64,000 bases of DNA from Chiloscyllium plagiosum (lineage: Eukaryota): assembly GCF_004010195.1 (NCBI RefSeq), contig NC_057719.1:58836089-58900088 (forward strand), written 5' to 3'. The translations under genes and the position numbers were made by a program. The notes beneath the pieces are model-generated. The model did no database searches, was not told where the DNA came from, and saw nothing but the letters and a program-made list of their open reading frames with translations. Below, piece after piece: positions 37,151 through 50,479 of this stretch (within the stretch, counting starts at the first letter, position 1; every line of letters begins with the position of its first letter).

Positions 37151-38539
37151 ACACCCTGGATACGTTTATGGTTTGAAGATTGTGAGATGCTACATTGGTC
37201 CCTTGTTGTTGGTTGAGCTGTTGGCTTAAAAATTCAGGATAGTTGGGCTGGAATGGCCACCCAGTTCTTCTGAGTGTAAGTCCTCCATAGCTGATGACAC
37301 AGGTCAATGCTGATGGCTCAGATAACCTTGATCTGTGATTATACTGTCTTTTAGAGAGTGAAAGATAATGTCACTGAGGCCTCTCATCATTCTCTTCTGC
37401 CTTCTTGGTAAATATTCACTTGTTGCCTTTCTCTTTTAGGCATTGTAGAGCACTGCTTGAGATACTATTCTTGCAGGGTTTGCTGACATTGTTGAAATTA
37501 CCCCCTCCTTCACATTTCCCTTACTTTTAAAGTAACAACGCAAACACTCCAGCCTTGGATCTATGAGCAGATAATTCATGGGGAATCTCAGAAAGGAAAC
37601 ATTATTTCTTTAATGGCACTCCTGAGCTTTCACATTAATCATTTTTCATGTTATGCTCTGACATGGTGTGCCATGCAAAGTTAGTCAATGTCATACCGTA
37701 ATAAGGAGTTCTGAGGTATCAAAATCTTTCAAAGTATATGTTGCCCAACCAAGCTGTTTGCTCTAAACTAGAGAAATGGGATTCTGGTAGTGTTCTAATG
37801 TAATATCCTGCTACCTCCACCCAGAAAAAAAAGCATCCTTGCACATCATGGACCTTTGCAGACTTACAATTCAGTGTGTGAGTGTGGCAACTCGGAAGCG
37901 ATGAAGCCCAAATGAGGTTTTTAAATTAGTGACTGATGATACTTGCTCAGCTGACATAACAAGGGCATAATTAGTGAGAACAATGATTACTTGAAGCCAT
38001 AATTCTTGAAAAATGAATGACCTGGCAATGGAGGGAAATTTGATACCAAATGAGTGGTATTCACTGAATGAAGCATGGTTAATGCAATTGCTGCGAGCAG
38101 GAACCTTACATTCAAACAATATTACTCCACTATCGAAGATCTGGAGACTAAAACAGTCACTTAATCTGGTCACTCTGCATGCACTGGCAGTCATTTTGTG
38201 TAATTATTGCAGTGCTGGCATTGGATCAAAGATGGCAACACTTCAACTTCATGTCCTTGTCAGTGATTTGACGGTGCCTGCAAGATATTGCCCATATTCT
38301 CCACATTTCCCTTTTTGTTGCTGTTCCTGTGTACCTCTCTCCACTTTCATTCAGCCTTGTTTTATAACCCTTCACGTCTACAGTTTACACCCAAATGGCC
38401 ATGGCTTTTCGATTTGCTATGCTCTTTATGGCTGCTTTCCCCAGGTAGAGGCTGGAGTCATAAAAAAATTGTGAAATTGCACTCTCTCAAAGGTCCCAGT
38501 CTGCTCTTATGATTTGAGATCCCACCCATCGATCTTGAT

Positions 38540-39275
38540 CGCTCACTTATATTTCCATCCTCATGTCTATCTGTGTTCTATAGGTACCGTTCCCTCCATG
38601 TCTCCCTTGTTAGGTCCACACTCCCCACCAACCTCCTCTCCACACCTGGCACCTTCCCATGCTGCTGTAAGAGGTGTAAAACCTGCGCCCACACTTCCCC
38701 CTTCACCTTCATCCAAAACCCCAAATGATCATTCCAAATCTGGCAAGAATTTACTTGCATATCCTTGAACCTCATTTATAGCATCCATTGCTCTCGATGT
38801 GGTCTCCTCTACTTTGGAGAGACGGAGCGCAAACTCACGGAATGGTTCAGGGAACATCTCTGGTCCACAAGCACCAATCTATACTACCTTTCGGTGGTCA
38901 TCCATTTCAACTCCCCCTCCCACACCCCTAAGGACACGTCCATTCTGGGCGTCCTCCACCGCCTAAACAAAGCCATCCGCAAACTGGAGAAAGAACACTT
39001 CATTTTCCACTTCAGGAGCCTACAACCACATGGCTTTAACATTGAATTCAGCAGTTTCCAAAACTCCCCACATCCCATCCCAACCCACATCCAACCCTCC
39101 GACTTGGCACCTCTTGACCTGACCTACCTGTCCATCTTTCTTTTCACCTATCCTCAGCCCCCTTCCTGATCCCCAGTCTTGATTAAGGGTTATGCCTGAA
39201 AAATTGACTCTCTTGCTCCTCGGATGCTGCCTGACCTGTTGAGTTTTCTCCAGTGCCGCACTTTATTGACCCTGC
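38540..39275 (+). mobile_element. Penelope-like element 3' fragment (GIY-YIG endonuclease + pLTR)
   Basis: NLIYSIHCSRCGLLYFGETERKLTEWFREH...HFNSPSH; ends in the gatgctgcctgacctg pLTR; homologous to 60811-62380. Confidence 0.88.
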
Positions 39276-40064
39276 CCACTTTCACAGTAATCATTACCTT
39301 ATCGTCCAAATCCAATGAAGCTTATCACTAGACTTGATTAACCCTAGAAATGTGACTGTGGCCTTAATCTCAGTTTCGATTTCATGATGGAAAAGCAGTA
39401 GGAAGAGTTACTTTAACTTGCTGTTCTTGAAAGAAGTCAACAGAAATCCTCACTAGCTTTCTAGCAAAGCAAGTGTTCATTGGAATTAGCTGGAATGTAT
39501 GTATATATGTAAGAAGGCATTCATACAGGGGATTAGGGATCCATAAGAAGAGGTATTGAACTAAGAGTCTTACCTCCCAGAATAGCTGGAACTGAGGAAA
39601 ATTAAAGTAAATTCCAAAAGACTGCAGCCTACTTTTTGGTGGGCTGATGGATTTAAATAGAGTTTTCATAAAATTTAAGAAAATTCTTGGGATGCATATG
39701 AAGCAAAACTGAGTGCTTAAACTCTGTGATTATATACCATATCATTAAGTTAATAATGCTAGTTTGTTTAAGTCTTCATATACAATAAAGTTTGGTTTTA
39801 TTTAAAAATGTGAAAACTTATTGTATTGTTTCCATCAATTAAAATTAACTGGATCTCTCTTTAAATGAAATGGTCCCGAAAAGGATTATAGAATATGTCA
39901 TACATGTTAGTTAATTATAAACACTGCATGTATTTTTCAAAATTATGTGCTCTTTTTAACTTTTTAAAACACATTTAATGTGGCAGTAAACATAGAACAA
40001 TTTTGCTGTTGGAAAATAATTGGTGTTTCTATAATTACATTTTTAGTTCATAATTCAACAAACT

Positions 40065-42850
40065 GACAGGTGGGAGGCTTTCAAAAGTGTGATAATGAGA
40101 GTTCAAAGACATTATGTTCCTGTTAGAGTGAAGGGTAAGGCTGGGAAGAGTAGGAAATAATAAATGAACAAATAAACAAAGAATGATAGTGAGATCCTGG
40201 TAAAGAATAAGAAAGAGTTGTATATCATATGCAGAGAACTGGGATCAAATTAACCTCTTGAAGAGTATAAAGGGTGTAGAGGCATTTTTAAGACAGAAAT
40301 TAGGAGGGCAAAAGAAAAGTGAGATGAGATAGCCTTGTGAGATAAGGTTAAGGATAATCCAAAGATAATTAAGTACATTAAGAGCAAAAGAGCAACTAGG
40401 GAGAGAATAAGGACCCTTAAACATCAACAGATCGTCCATGCATTTGAACCTCAGAAGATAGGAGAAATACTAAATGAATATTTTGCATGAGGTTTACTGT
40501 GGAAAAGGAAATGGAAGCTGGAATCAACATTGATGTTTTAAAAACAGTTCACATTACAGAAGAGGAAGAGCTGGAGGTCGTAGTAAGCATAAAAGTGGAT
40601 AAATTTCTGGGACCTGATCAAGTGTATCCTCAGATTCTGTGGCAAGTTAGCAAAGAAATTGTAAGGCCCCCAGCTTAGATAGGACCCTAGCATCATCTAT
40701 TACCATGGATAAGATGCTGAAGGACTTAAGGGAGGTTAATTTTGGTGCCTTTATAAGAAAAGCTGTAAGGAGAAGCCTACGACCTATAGATCTGTGAGTC
40801 TGACATCGGTGGATAAGTTGTTGGAGATGATTCTGAAAGTTAGAGTTTACATGCATTTGGAGATGCATGGACTGATTAAGGATAGTCAGTATGGCTTTGT
40901 TTGGGGAGCTAAATAAAAAGAGTGATGAAGGAAGAGCGGTAGACTTTAATAAAGCCTTTGACAACGTTCCCCAATTAGATTGATCAATAAAGTTAGATCA
41001 CATGGGATTCAGGAGAGCTTGCAAATTGGATGCAATATTGGTTTGATGGTAGGAGACATAGGGTGGTGGTGGAGGGTTGTTTTTGGGACTGGAGGCCTGT
41101 GACCAGGAGTGTTCCATGGGGATAGATACTGGGTCCACATTTGTTCATTTATAGAAATTATTTGGATGAGAATATAGGAGACATAGTTAATAAGTTTGCA
41201 AATGACACCAAAATTGGTGTATAGTGGAAGGTGAAGAAGGTTATCTAAGATTACAAAGAAATCTTGATCAACTAGGTCGATAATCTGAGGAGGGGCAGCT
41301 GGAGTTTAGTTTGGATAAATGTGAATTATTGCATTTTAGTAAAACAAACAAGGGCATGATTTATGGAGTTCAACCTGGATAAATGCGAGGTGATGCATTT
41401 TGGAAGGTCAAATTTGAAAGCTGAGTACAGAATTAAGGATAGGATTCTTGGTAGTGTGGAGGAACAGAGGGATCTTGGGGTGCAGGTACATAGATACCTT
41501 AAAATGGCCACCCAAGTGGACAGGGTTGTTAAGAAAGCATATGGTGTTTTGGCTTTCATTAACAGGGGTATTGAGTTTAAGAGTCGTGAGATCTTGTTGC
41601 AGCTCTATAAAACTTTGGTTAGACCGCACTTGGAATACTGCATCCAGTTCTGGTCGCCCTATTATAAAAAAGATGTGGATGCTTTGGAGCGGGTTTAGAG
41701 GAGGTTTACCAGGATGCTGCCTGGACTGGACAGCTTATCATATAAGGAAAGGTTGACTGAGCTCGGACTTTTTTCATTGGAGAAAAGGAGGAGAAGAGGG
41801 GACCTAATTGAGGTATACAAGGTAATGAGGGGCATAGATAGAGTCGATAGCCAGAGACTATTTCCCAGGGCAGAAATGACTAACACAAGGGGTCATAGTT
41901 TTAAGCTGGTTGGAGGAAAGTACAGAGGGGATGTCAGAGGAGGGTTCTTTACACAGAGAGTTGTGAGAGCATGGAATGCGTTGCCAGCAGCAGTTGTGGA
42001 GGCAGGGTCATTGGGGACATTTAAGAGACTTCTTGACATACATATGGTCACAGAAATTTGAGGGTGCATAATGAGGATCAGTGGTCGGCACAACATCGTG
42101 GGCTGAAGGGCCTGTTCTGTGCTGTATTGTTCTATGTTCTATGTTCTATTTATACAATTAATGGTAGGGCCCTGGAAGGTGATGTAGAATGAACAGACCG
42201 AGGGATTCAGGTACATAATTCTTTGAAATTTGTATCACATGTAGACAGTGTGGTAATGAAGACATGTAAGTATGCTTGCTTCATTTCTCAGATCTTTGAG
42301 TATAGGAATTGGGATGTCATGTTCAGGTTGAGGAAATTGGTGAGGCCTCTTCTTGAGTACTGTGTCCAGTTCTGGTCACCCTGTAATAGAAAGGGTTCAG
42401 AGAGGATTTTCTGGGAATTGAAGGTTTGAGTTATAAAGCAATGCTGCAACTTTTTTCACTGGAGTATAGAAGGTTGAAGATTCTAGGATTTTCTAAAATC
42501 ATGAGGGGCATAGATGAGATGAATAACAAGGGTCTTTTCCCTCGGGTGGGGGAATTCAAAACTAGGGGACATATTTTAAGGTGAGAGGAGAAAGATTTAA
42601 GAATAACATGAGAGGCAACTTTATACACAGAGAGTGGTTTGTCTGTGGAATGAACTGCCAGAGGAAGTGATGGATGCAGGTACAGTTACAATGTTTAAAA
42701 AACGTTTTGGTATGTACATGAATAGGAAAGAGTTATATGGATATGGGCCAAATTCAGATAGGTGGGACTAGTTTAGTTTGGGAACATGGTTGATGTGGAC
42801 CAATTGGATCAAAGGGTCTGTTTCCATGTTGTATGACTTGATGAATCTAT
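40065..42850 (+). mobile_element. Degenerate CR1 LINE ORF2 + 3'UTR hosting a nested CR1
   Basis: WEAFKS, GPDQVYP, KAFDNVP, KFAND, LVRPLLEYCVQFWSP motifs. Confidence 0.88.
41365..42147 (+). mobile_element. Younger CR1 (different subfamily) nested in the older CR1
   Basis: Nearly intact EFNLDKCEVMHFG...FKRLLD frame, (TTCTATG)n tail, TSD atttat (41359-41364, 42148-42153). Confidence 0.9.
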
Positions 42851-43012
42851 AACTATGGCCTAACTAGCGTTTTATTTATATTTAGTAAATCTGTTAAAAA
42901 GCCTATACTGTATCTCTCAATCTTTCTATTGACAACTTGCTTTCATATTTAATATAGACAGTAGATGGCTCTAAAGTAAAATAAGTAAATCCTTTATTTC
43001 TTTGAAATTCAG

Positions 43013-43512
43013 AGTATGATACCTGAACGGACAATACAACATTCGATACAAAAGAGGAGGATAGTTATATATATAAATTTACAAAACACCACTGACGAAC
43101 CTGTGATTACCAAGCATAACTCATTACCAAACCTCCATTTCTTTGAAGATGAGAAAATCCTGCCGCTATCTGCTCCTTTCAAAACTATGATGAAGGAGAT
43201 CGAACTCCAGAGGGAACAACTAATTCAGGCTTCAGTAGAGACCACCAAACAGGAAGAACAGGCAAAAAGGAAACCAGTAGAAGGCTTTCTGATTTCAGAT
43301 GTTTCTCAACTGAATGCAATGCCAGTAAGAAGCGTATCTATACAACAGACGCAACCTTCAGTTGCAGCTCCAGTAACAGAAGCAGTCATCAAAAGAACAA
43401 AAAAGACGAAACGCCGAAAAAAACTTAAAGCTTATATGAGAAAAACACCTCTATCAAGAAAGTTAGCTTTTGTTTACAGAAAACTGTCGATGCCTCCAAA
43501 ACGTATCAAAAG
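43013..43512 (+). CDS. TTC6: TTC6-like exon I (SMIPERT...PPKRIK)
   Basis: aattcag| acceptor, AG|gtttat donor; 500 nt, phase 0/2; matches ORF 43016..43540. Confidence 0.82.
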
Positions 43513-43612
43513 GTTTATTTATTATCCTTTTAAAATATAATGGCATTGATTCCAAATTGAACTTTAATTATTATACAATTTATAATTTTATGTTTGAAAC
43601 TCTCTTAAACAG

Positions 43613-44126
43613 ATCAGGATCTTTGCCTACACTAATTACTCGTAATGGTGAAGATGGTAACTTTCCCCACCGAGATTCTAGCGTACCTCGCTTATTTAAC
43701 TTTGAAAACTTTGCAAAAAAGAAAGGAGGAATTCCTGAAGGTGTCGTTACCAGAGAGTGGGTCAGAGATATATGGAACAAATGGTTTGATGAAGTCTTCC
43801 CGCCATTAGAACCAACCAGTCAAGCAACTATCGATAAAAAAGACATACCGGTGGTTCTGAAAGAAAAACAATCTTCTCAATTGTACGTCAACCTGCAGGA
43901 GATAGAACTGCAGAATTTACAGCTATCAACAGAACAAGAAAATTTAGAAGTGTATCCAACAGGTTCCCAGTCTGAAGTCACTCGAGCTGCTTTGCAGTCT
44001 TTAGTAAATGATGTAACGTACCGCATAGATGTAAATGGTGAATCCACAGCGTTTAATTATTGCCGTCGGGGAGCTTTGTATAGAAGATTAGGACAGTTAA
44101 AGTCAGCCATGGAGGATTTAAATGAA
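43613..44126 (+). CDS. TTC6: TTC6-like exon J (SGSLP...REWVRDIWNKWFDEVFPP...AFNYCRRGALYRRLGQLKSAMEDLNE), first TPR begins
   Basis: aaacag| acceptor, GAA|gtaagt donor; 514 nt, phase 2/0; TPR consensus at the C-terminal end. Confidence 0.88.
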
Positions 44127-46349
44127 GTAAGTGCACACAAAATTTAAGAAATATATATTTGTAATAACGTTGTTGGCCTTCTTTTGTGTTTACAAATTTG
44201 TTTTCCATGCCACAGAAAGTATTGTCAATTGAGGGAGAAAGCGAAAAAGTGATCAGCAGAAGTTGGAAAGCAGTTATAATCTGGAATTGTGTGAAATATG
44301 AAGCTATTTTCCTCTTTTGGCTGTGTTTCTTGTAATGATAACGAATAGGGTGAGATATTGATGTTCATCACGATGTGACAGTAACACTGGTTATGTGTCA
44401 GAGATTGTGAAGAAAGGATGGAATAGTTTGTGTTAGTGAGAGATGCAGTTACCCAGATAACAGTATTATGTATGATAGTGAATAAAAGAGAAACCTGTCA
44501 GTCAGCCAGTCATCACTTTCCGGCAAACCATTTCAAGCCACAAATGACCAGAAGGAACAGCCATCTCTCCAATGTGTGGAATAGAATATCACATTGCCAG
44601 CCTCATGGCAACAAAAAAATTTTAGTCTTTTCATTGTTTAATTTATATACTGATAAATCAGACAAAAGGAATGAGTTAACAGTTATATTTAATTTAAAAA
44701 TGATGTTGCTCTGACTTGATTAAACTTAAAATGTAAGCCATAAGTATTAATTTAAAGTGGAACATTGTTTTGTAGAGGAATAAGACAGTAGATTGAAAGA
44801 AGCAAAAATGGTCCTTAGTAGAGTAATATGCTCTTTTTGTCGGATGTGGGAGTTTAGGAAGAGTTTATGGGTTACTAAGGATTATATCTGCAATAAATGT
44901 CGTTGGTTGTGAATCCTATCAGTTCAAATGTATCGTTTGGAGAGGCAGTTAGAGGCAATGAGGAACTAAAAGAGAAAGGGGGTGTGATGGATGTCAGTTA
45001 TAGGAAGGGAGGAAAGTCTCAGATACTGTCACATAGTTAACTCCAGGAAAGGTAAGGGAGGTAGGCAGGTAGTGCAAGAGTCTTCTGTGGCTATTCCCAT
45101 TTCAAACATGGTGTTTTGGAAAATGTTGGGGGTGGTGGATTCTCAGGGGAATGTAGCATGAACAGCCAAGTTTTGAGTATTGAGACTGGCTCTGATGTAA
45201 TGAGAGGTACGTCGGGTTCCATGCGATTGATTGTCTTAGGGGACTTTCTAGTCCAAGGTACAGACAGACATTTCTGTGGCCAGCAGCGAAAAATCAGAAT
45301 GGTGTGTTGCTTCCCTGGTGCCAGGATCAAGGATGTCTCAGACAGGGCACAGAATGTTCTCAAGGGGGAAAGGGGCCAGCAAGACATCATTGTGCACATT
45401 GGAACCAATGACATAGGAAGGGAAAATGTTGAGATTCTGAAGAGTGATTACAGAGAGTTAGACAGGAATTTAAAAAGGAGATCCTTGAGAGTAGTAATAT
45501 CTGGGTTACTCCTGGTGCTACGAGCCAGTGAGAACAGGAATAGGAGGATAGAGCAGGTGAATGCATGGCTGAGGAACTGGTCAGGGCAGGCAGGGACAAA
45601 ACAGAGAACAAGATAGGACTGATAAATTAAACTGCATTTATTTCAATGTAAGAGACCTGACAGGGAAGACAGATGAACTCAGGGCAAGTTTAGGAACATG
45701 GGACTGGGATATCTTAGCAATTACAGAAACATGGCTCAGGGATGGACAGGACTGGCAGTTTAATGTTCCAGAATACAAATGTTACAGGCAGGATAGAAAT
45801 GGAGGCAAGAGAGGAGGGGGAGTGGCATTTTTGATAAGGGATAGCATTACAGCTGTACTGAGGGAGGATATTCCCAGAAATACATCCAGAGAAGTTATTT
45901 GGGTGGAACTGAGAAATAAGAAATGGATGATAACCTTATTGGGATTGTATTATAGACCCTCGAAAAGTCAGAAGGAGAAGCAAACTTGTAAGGAGATCTC
46001 AGTTTTCTATAAGAATACTAGGATGGTCATGGTAGGGGATTTTAACTTTCCAAACATAGACTGGGACTGCCATAGTGTTAAGGATTTAGATGGAGAGGAA
46101 TTTGTTAAGTGTGTGAAAATTTTCTGATTCAGTATGTGGATGTACCAACTAGAGAAGATGCAAAACTTGACCTACTCTTGGGAAATAAGGCAGGGCAGGC
46201 GACTGATGTGTCAGTAGGGGAGCACTTTGGGGCCAGCGAACATAATTCTATTAGATTTAAAATAGAGATGAAAAAGGATAGATCAGATCTAAAAGTTGAA
46301 GTTATAAATTGGAAGAAGGCCAATTTTGATGGTATTAGGCAAGAATTTA

Positions 46350-46680
46350 TGGGCGGCACAGTGGCACAGTGGTTAGCACTGCTGCCTCTCAGCGCCAGAG
46401 ACTGGGGTTCAATTCCCACCTCAGGCGACTCTCTGTGTGGAGTTTGCACATTCTCCCCGTGTCTGCATGGATTTCCTCCAGGTGCTCCGGTTTCCTCCCA
46501 CAATCCAAAAATGTGCAGGTTAGGTGAATTGGCCATGCTAAATTGCCCATAGTGTTAGGTGAAGGGGTAAATGTAGGGGAATGGGTATAGGTGGGTTACG
46601 CTTCGGTGGGTCGGTGTGGACTTGTTGGGCCAAAGGGTCTGTTTCCACACTGTAAGTAATCTAATCTAATCTAAAAAAAA
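46350..46680 (+). mobile_element. HE1-type V-SINE nested in CR1 ORF2
   Basis: Near-identical to 18752-19072; splits host sequence that is uninterrupted at 53061-53100. Confidence 0.93.
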
Positions 46681-47431
46681 CTTTCAAAAGCTGATTGGGG
46701 GCAGATGTTCGCAGGTAAAGGGACGGCTGGAAAATGAGAAGCCTTCAGAAGTGGGATAACGAGAATGCAGAGAAAGTATATTCCTGTCAGGGTGAAAGGA
46801 AAGGCTGGTAGGTATAGAGAATGCTGGGTGACTAAAGAAATTGAGGGTTTGGTTAAGAAAAAGAAGGAAGCATATGTCAGGTATAGACAGGATAGATCGA
46901 GTGAATCTTTAGAAGAGTATAAAAGCAGTAGGAGTATACTTAAGAGAGAAATCAGCAGGGCAAAAAGGGACATGAGATACCTTTAGCAAATAGGGTTAAG
47001 AAGAACACAATACAAATACATTAAGGGCAAAAAGGTAACTAGGGAGAGAATAGGGCCCCTCAAAGATCAGCAAGGAGGCCTTTGTGTGGAGCTGCAGGAG
47101 ATGGGGGAGATACTAAATAAATATTTTGCATCAGTATTTGTGGAAAAGGACATTGAAGATATAGAATGTAGGGAAATAGATGGTGACATCTTGAAAAATG
47201 TCCATATTGCAGAGGAGGAAGTGCTGGGTGTCTTGAAATGCATAAAAGTGGATAAATCCCGAAGATCTGATCAGGTGTACCCTAGGACTCTGTGGGAAGG
47301 TAGGGAAGTGTTTGCTGGGCCTCTTACCGTTATATTTGTATCATCGATAGTCACAGGTGAGGTGTTGGAAGACTGGAGGTTGGTGGTGCCACTGTTTAAG
47401 AAAAGTGGTAAGGACAAGCCAGGGAACTATA

Positions 47432-47655
47432 CAAACATGAGGACTGCAGATGCTGGAAATCAGAGGTTAGATTAGAGTGGTGCTGGAAAAGCACAGCAGG
47501 TCAGGCAGCATCTGAGAAGCAGGTAAATCAATGGTTCGGATAAAATCCCTTTATCAGGAAACCTGATGAAGGGCTTTTGCCCGAAACACTGATTTTCCTG
47601 CTCCTTGGATGCTGCCTGAACTGCTGCGCTTTTCCAGCACCACTCTAATCTAAAC
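47432..47655. mobile_element. PLE-derived hairpin element nested in CR1 ORF2
   Basis: 13 bp TSD ccagggaactata (47419-47431, 47656-47668); CTGATGA-A-GGGC-TTTT-GCCC-GAAAC at 47563-47587. Confidence 0.9.
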
Positions 47656-48769
47656 CCAGGGAACTATAGACCAGTGAGCCTGACCGTCAGTGATGGGCAA
47701 GTTGTTGGAGGAAATCCTGAGGGTCAAGATGTACATGTATTTGGAAAGGAAAGGCAAGGACTGATTAGGGCTAGCCAACATGACTTTGTGCATAGGAAAT
47801 CATGTCTCACAAATTTGATTGAGTTTTTTGAAGAAATAACAAAGAGGAGTAATGAGGGCAGAATGGTTGACATGATCTATACGGACCTCAGTAAGGCATT
47901 TAACAAGGTTCCCCATGGGAGATTGGTCAGCAAGGTTAGAGCTCATGGAATACAAGGAGAACTCGCCATTTGGATACAGAAGTGGCTCAAAGGTAGAAGA
48001 CAGAGGATGGTTGTTTTTCAGACAGGAAGCCTGTGACCAGTGGAGTGCCACAAGAATCGGTGCTAGTAAGTTTGCAGATGACGCCAAAATTGGAGGTTAG
48101 TGGACAGCGAAGAAGGTTATCTCAGATTACAACAGGATCTTGATCAGATGGGCCAAAGGGCTGAGAAGTGGCAGATGGAGTTTAATTTAGATAAATGGGA
48201 AAACAAATCTTAGCAGGACTTATACACTTAATGGTAAGGTCCTAGAGAGTGTTGCTGAACAAAGAGACCTTGGACTGCAGGTTCATAGCTCCTTGAAAGT
48301 GGAGTCGCAGGCTGAAAGGATAGTGAAGAAGGCACTTTTCCATTAAAGTAGTCCTCCTTCTATGAAATCTAATCAACTCATATCATTCCCCAGAACCAGA
48401 CTGAGGAACTATATTGATGAGGAAAATTCTCCTGAAAATATCTTAGAAATCCTTTCCCCTCCCTACTCTTTACACCATTAATGTTCAAGTTTATGTTAAG
48501 ATAACAGTAGTTCCAATTATCATTTTGCTATAGTTTTTGTATTGCAATATTGCTCTTCTATCTTTTCCAGTAGTTGCTGGCCTGTGGTTTACAGTTATCT
48601 GTATTGTTACTTAACTCCAAACAAATACTTTTCATCTTTCACTCGAACAGTACATCCCCTTTCTCCAGTTCTGTGATAATCTCCTGAATTGCAGGCAATC
48701 ACCCACCCCTTTCTATAAACACTTTTACCCTCATAACAGATCATTGCACTGTACTGTAAATAACATTAG

Positions 48770-49525
48770 CACCACAGAAATGCTAGACTATGACCATCAC
48801 CAATAAGAGACAATCCAGCCACCGCCCCTTGACATTTAATTGTGTTACCCTTACAGAATCCCCTTTGTCAACATCCTGGGGTCACCATTGACCAGAAACT
48901 CAACTAGATTCAGTATATAAACACAGTGGCTACAAGGGCAGGTCAGAGGCTAGAAATACTGCAGCGAGTGACTGACCTCCTGACTCCCCAAAGCCTGTCC
49001 ACGATCTGCAAGGCACAAGTCAGGATTGTGATGGAATGCTTTCCACTTGCTTGAATGAGTGCAACTTCAACAACATTCAAGAAGCTTAACGCCATCCAGA
49101 TCAAAGCAGCTGCTTGATTTGCATTGCATCCACAAGCGTCCACTCCACCAACACTCAGTAGCAGCAGCATGTACCTGCAAGATGCACTGCAGAAATTCAG
49201 CAAAGATCCTCAGACAGCACCTTCCAAATCCATGACCACTTCCACCTAAGGACAAGGGCAGCAGATATAAGGGAACACCACCACCCTTCAAGTTGCCTCC
49301 AAGCCACTCACCATCCTGACTTGGAAATATGTTGTTGTTCCTTCACTGTTGCTGGGTCCAAATCCTGGAATTCCCTCCCTGATGGCATTCTGAATTAATC
49401 CACAGCAGGTGGACTGCAGCAGCACAAGAAAGGCAGCTCACCACCACCTTCACGAAGACAACTAGGAATGGGCAATAAATGCTGGCTAGTCAGTGATGCC
49501 CACATCCTACAAATGAATTAAAGAA
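48770..49525 (+). mobile_element. CR1/L2-group LINE 3' fragment (second family)
   Basis: Homologous to 31780-32530. Confidence 0.8.
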
Positions 49526-49810
49526 AATTGAATTATGCATTGTCTTACATTTCTGTTATTACAAAAGGTACAGCATTAGACTTATTATGAGCAAAGTATC
49601 GGGAGATACACTTGTATTAGCATCTACTAAAAGATTGTGTTATTTTCACAGTAATATGGGGATCTATTTCATTTTATATATTTTTGTTTGAATTACTTAT
49701 TAGCTATAATTGTATTTGTGGTTTATTTGTGATTAGTGTGTATACAACTGGCCAAACTGTAATTAACAAAAATTCTATTTGAATAATAATTCTATTGCTT
49801 TTTGATTTAG

Positions 49811-49940
49811 GCTATTAAATTAGAACCGATGTTGCTTGACAGCTATTGGCAGAGACATTTCCTTTATCTTCTTCAGTTGAGAATATCTGATGCACTAGAT
49901 GATCTTAATTTTGTACTTAAACACAATAGAAATCATGCAG
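49811..49940 (+). CDS. TTC6: TTC6-like exon K, TPR (AIKLEPMLLDSYWQRH...HNRNHA)
   Basis: atttag| acceptor, G|gtacag donor; 130 nt, phase 0/1; completes the TPR begun in exon J. Confidence 0.88.
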
Positions 49941-50306
49941 GTACAGTAATTAAATTGTTTAATTCCTACTTTTCATTTTTAGTGGTATTGTTCCATTTGA
50001 TCAAGTGTCCAACTGGAAGAAAGCACATTTAGAAATTTAATTATGCGGGATTTATAATTCTAGATAAATAGACATAACTTCTCTGGCATTATTGTTAGCT
50101 TCCAAAAATATTATTCATTCATATATTAACAATAGGAAATAAATAATTTAAAGTTGGATATAATTTTAAGTTGTAGTTTTTCATCAGAATTTTCAATTTT
50201 CAATTTGCATTAAAATAAACTTTATCTTATGTATGGGGTTTTGAATGCATATTTCACAAAATTACATATAGCTTCTATAAAGTTAATATCTTTTTTTTAC
50301 TGCTAG

Positions 50307-50479
50307 ATGCCTACACTTCAAAGGGAGACATTTATAGAAATAAAGGGGATATCACAATGGCAATCATAAATTATTCTCAGGGCCTCAAATGCAGACCTGA
50401 TGCTGATATCTATTTCAAGAGAGCTGAGATGTATGAAAAAAACAATGACCTACTTTTAGCTATGGAAGATTATTTTATG
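50307..50479 (+). CDS. TTC6: TTC6-like exon L, TPRs (DAYTSKGDIY...AMEDYFM)
   Basis: tgctag| acceptor, ATG|gtaagt donor; 173 nt, phase 1/0; TPR pattern. Confidence 0.9.

Larger units (their letters stand above)
44720..48335 (+). mobile_element. Near full-length but 3'-incomplete CR1 LINE: ORF1 zinc finger + SGNH esterase, ORF2 AP endonuclease + RT
   Basis: CSFCRMWE...YICNKC; LIVLGDFLV, CFPGA, VHIGTND; AITETW, GDFNFPNIDW, LDLLL; TDLSKAFNKVPH, KFADD. Confidence 0.92.

Noticed and set aside
45116..45616. Stand-alone SGNH esterase gene
   Set aside because: It is CR1 ORF1, in normal position upstream of the endonuclease, and disrupted.
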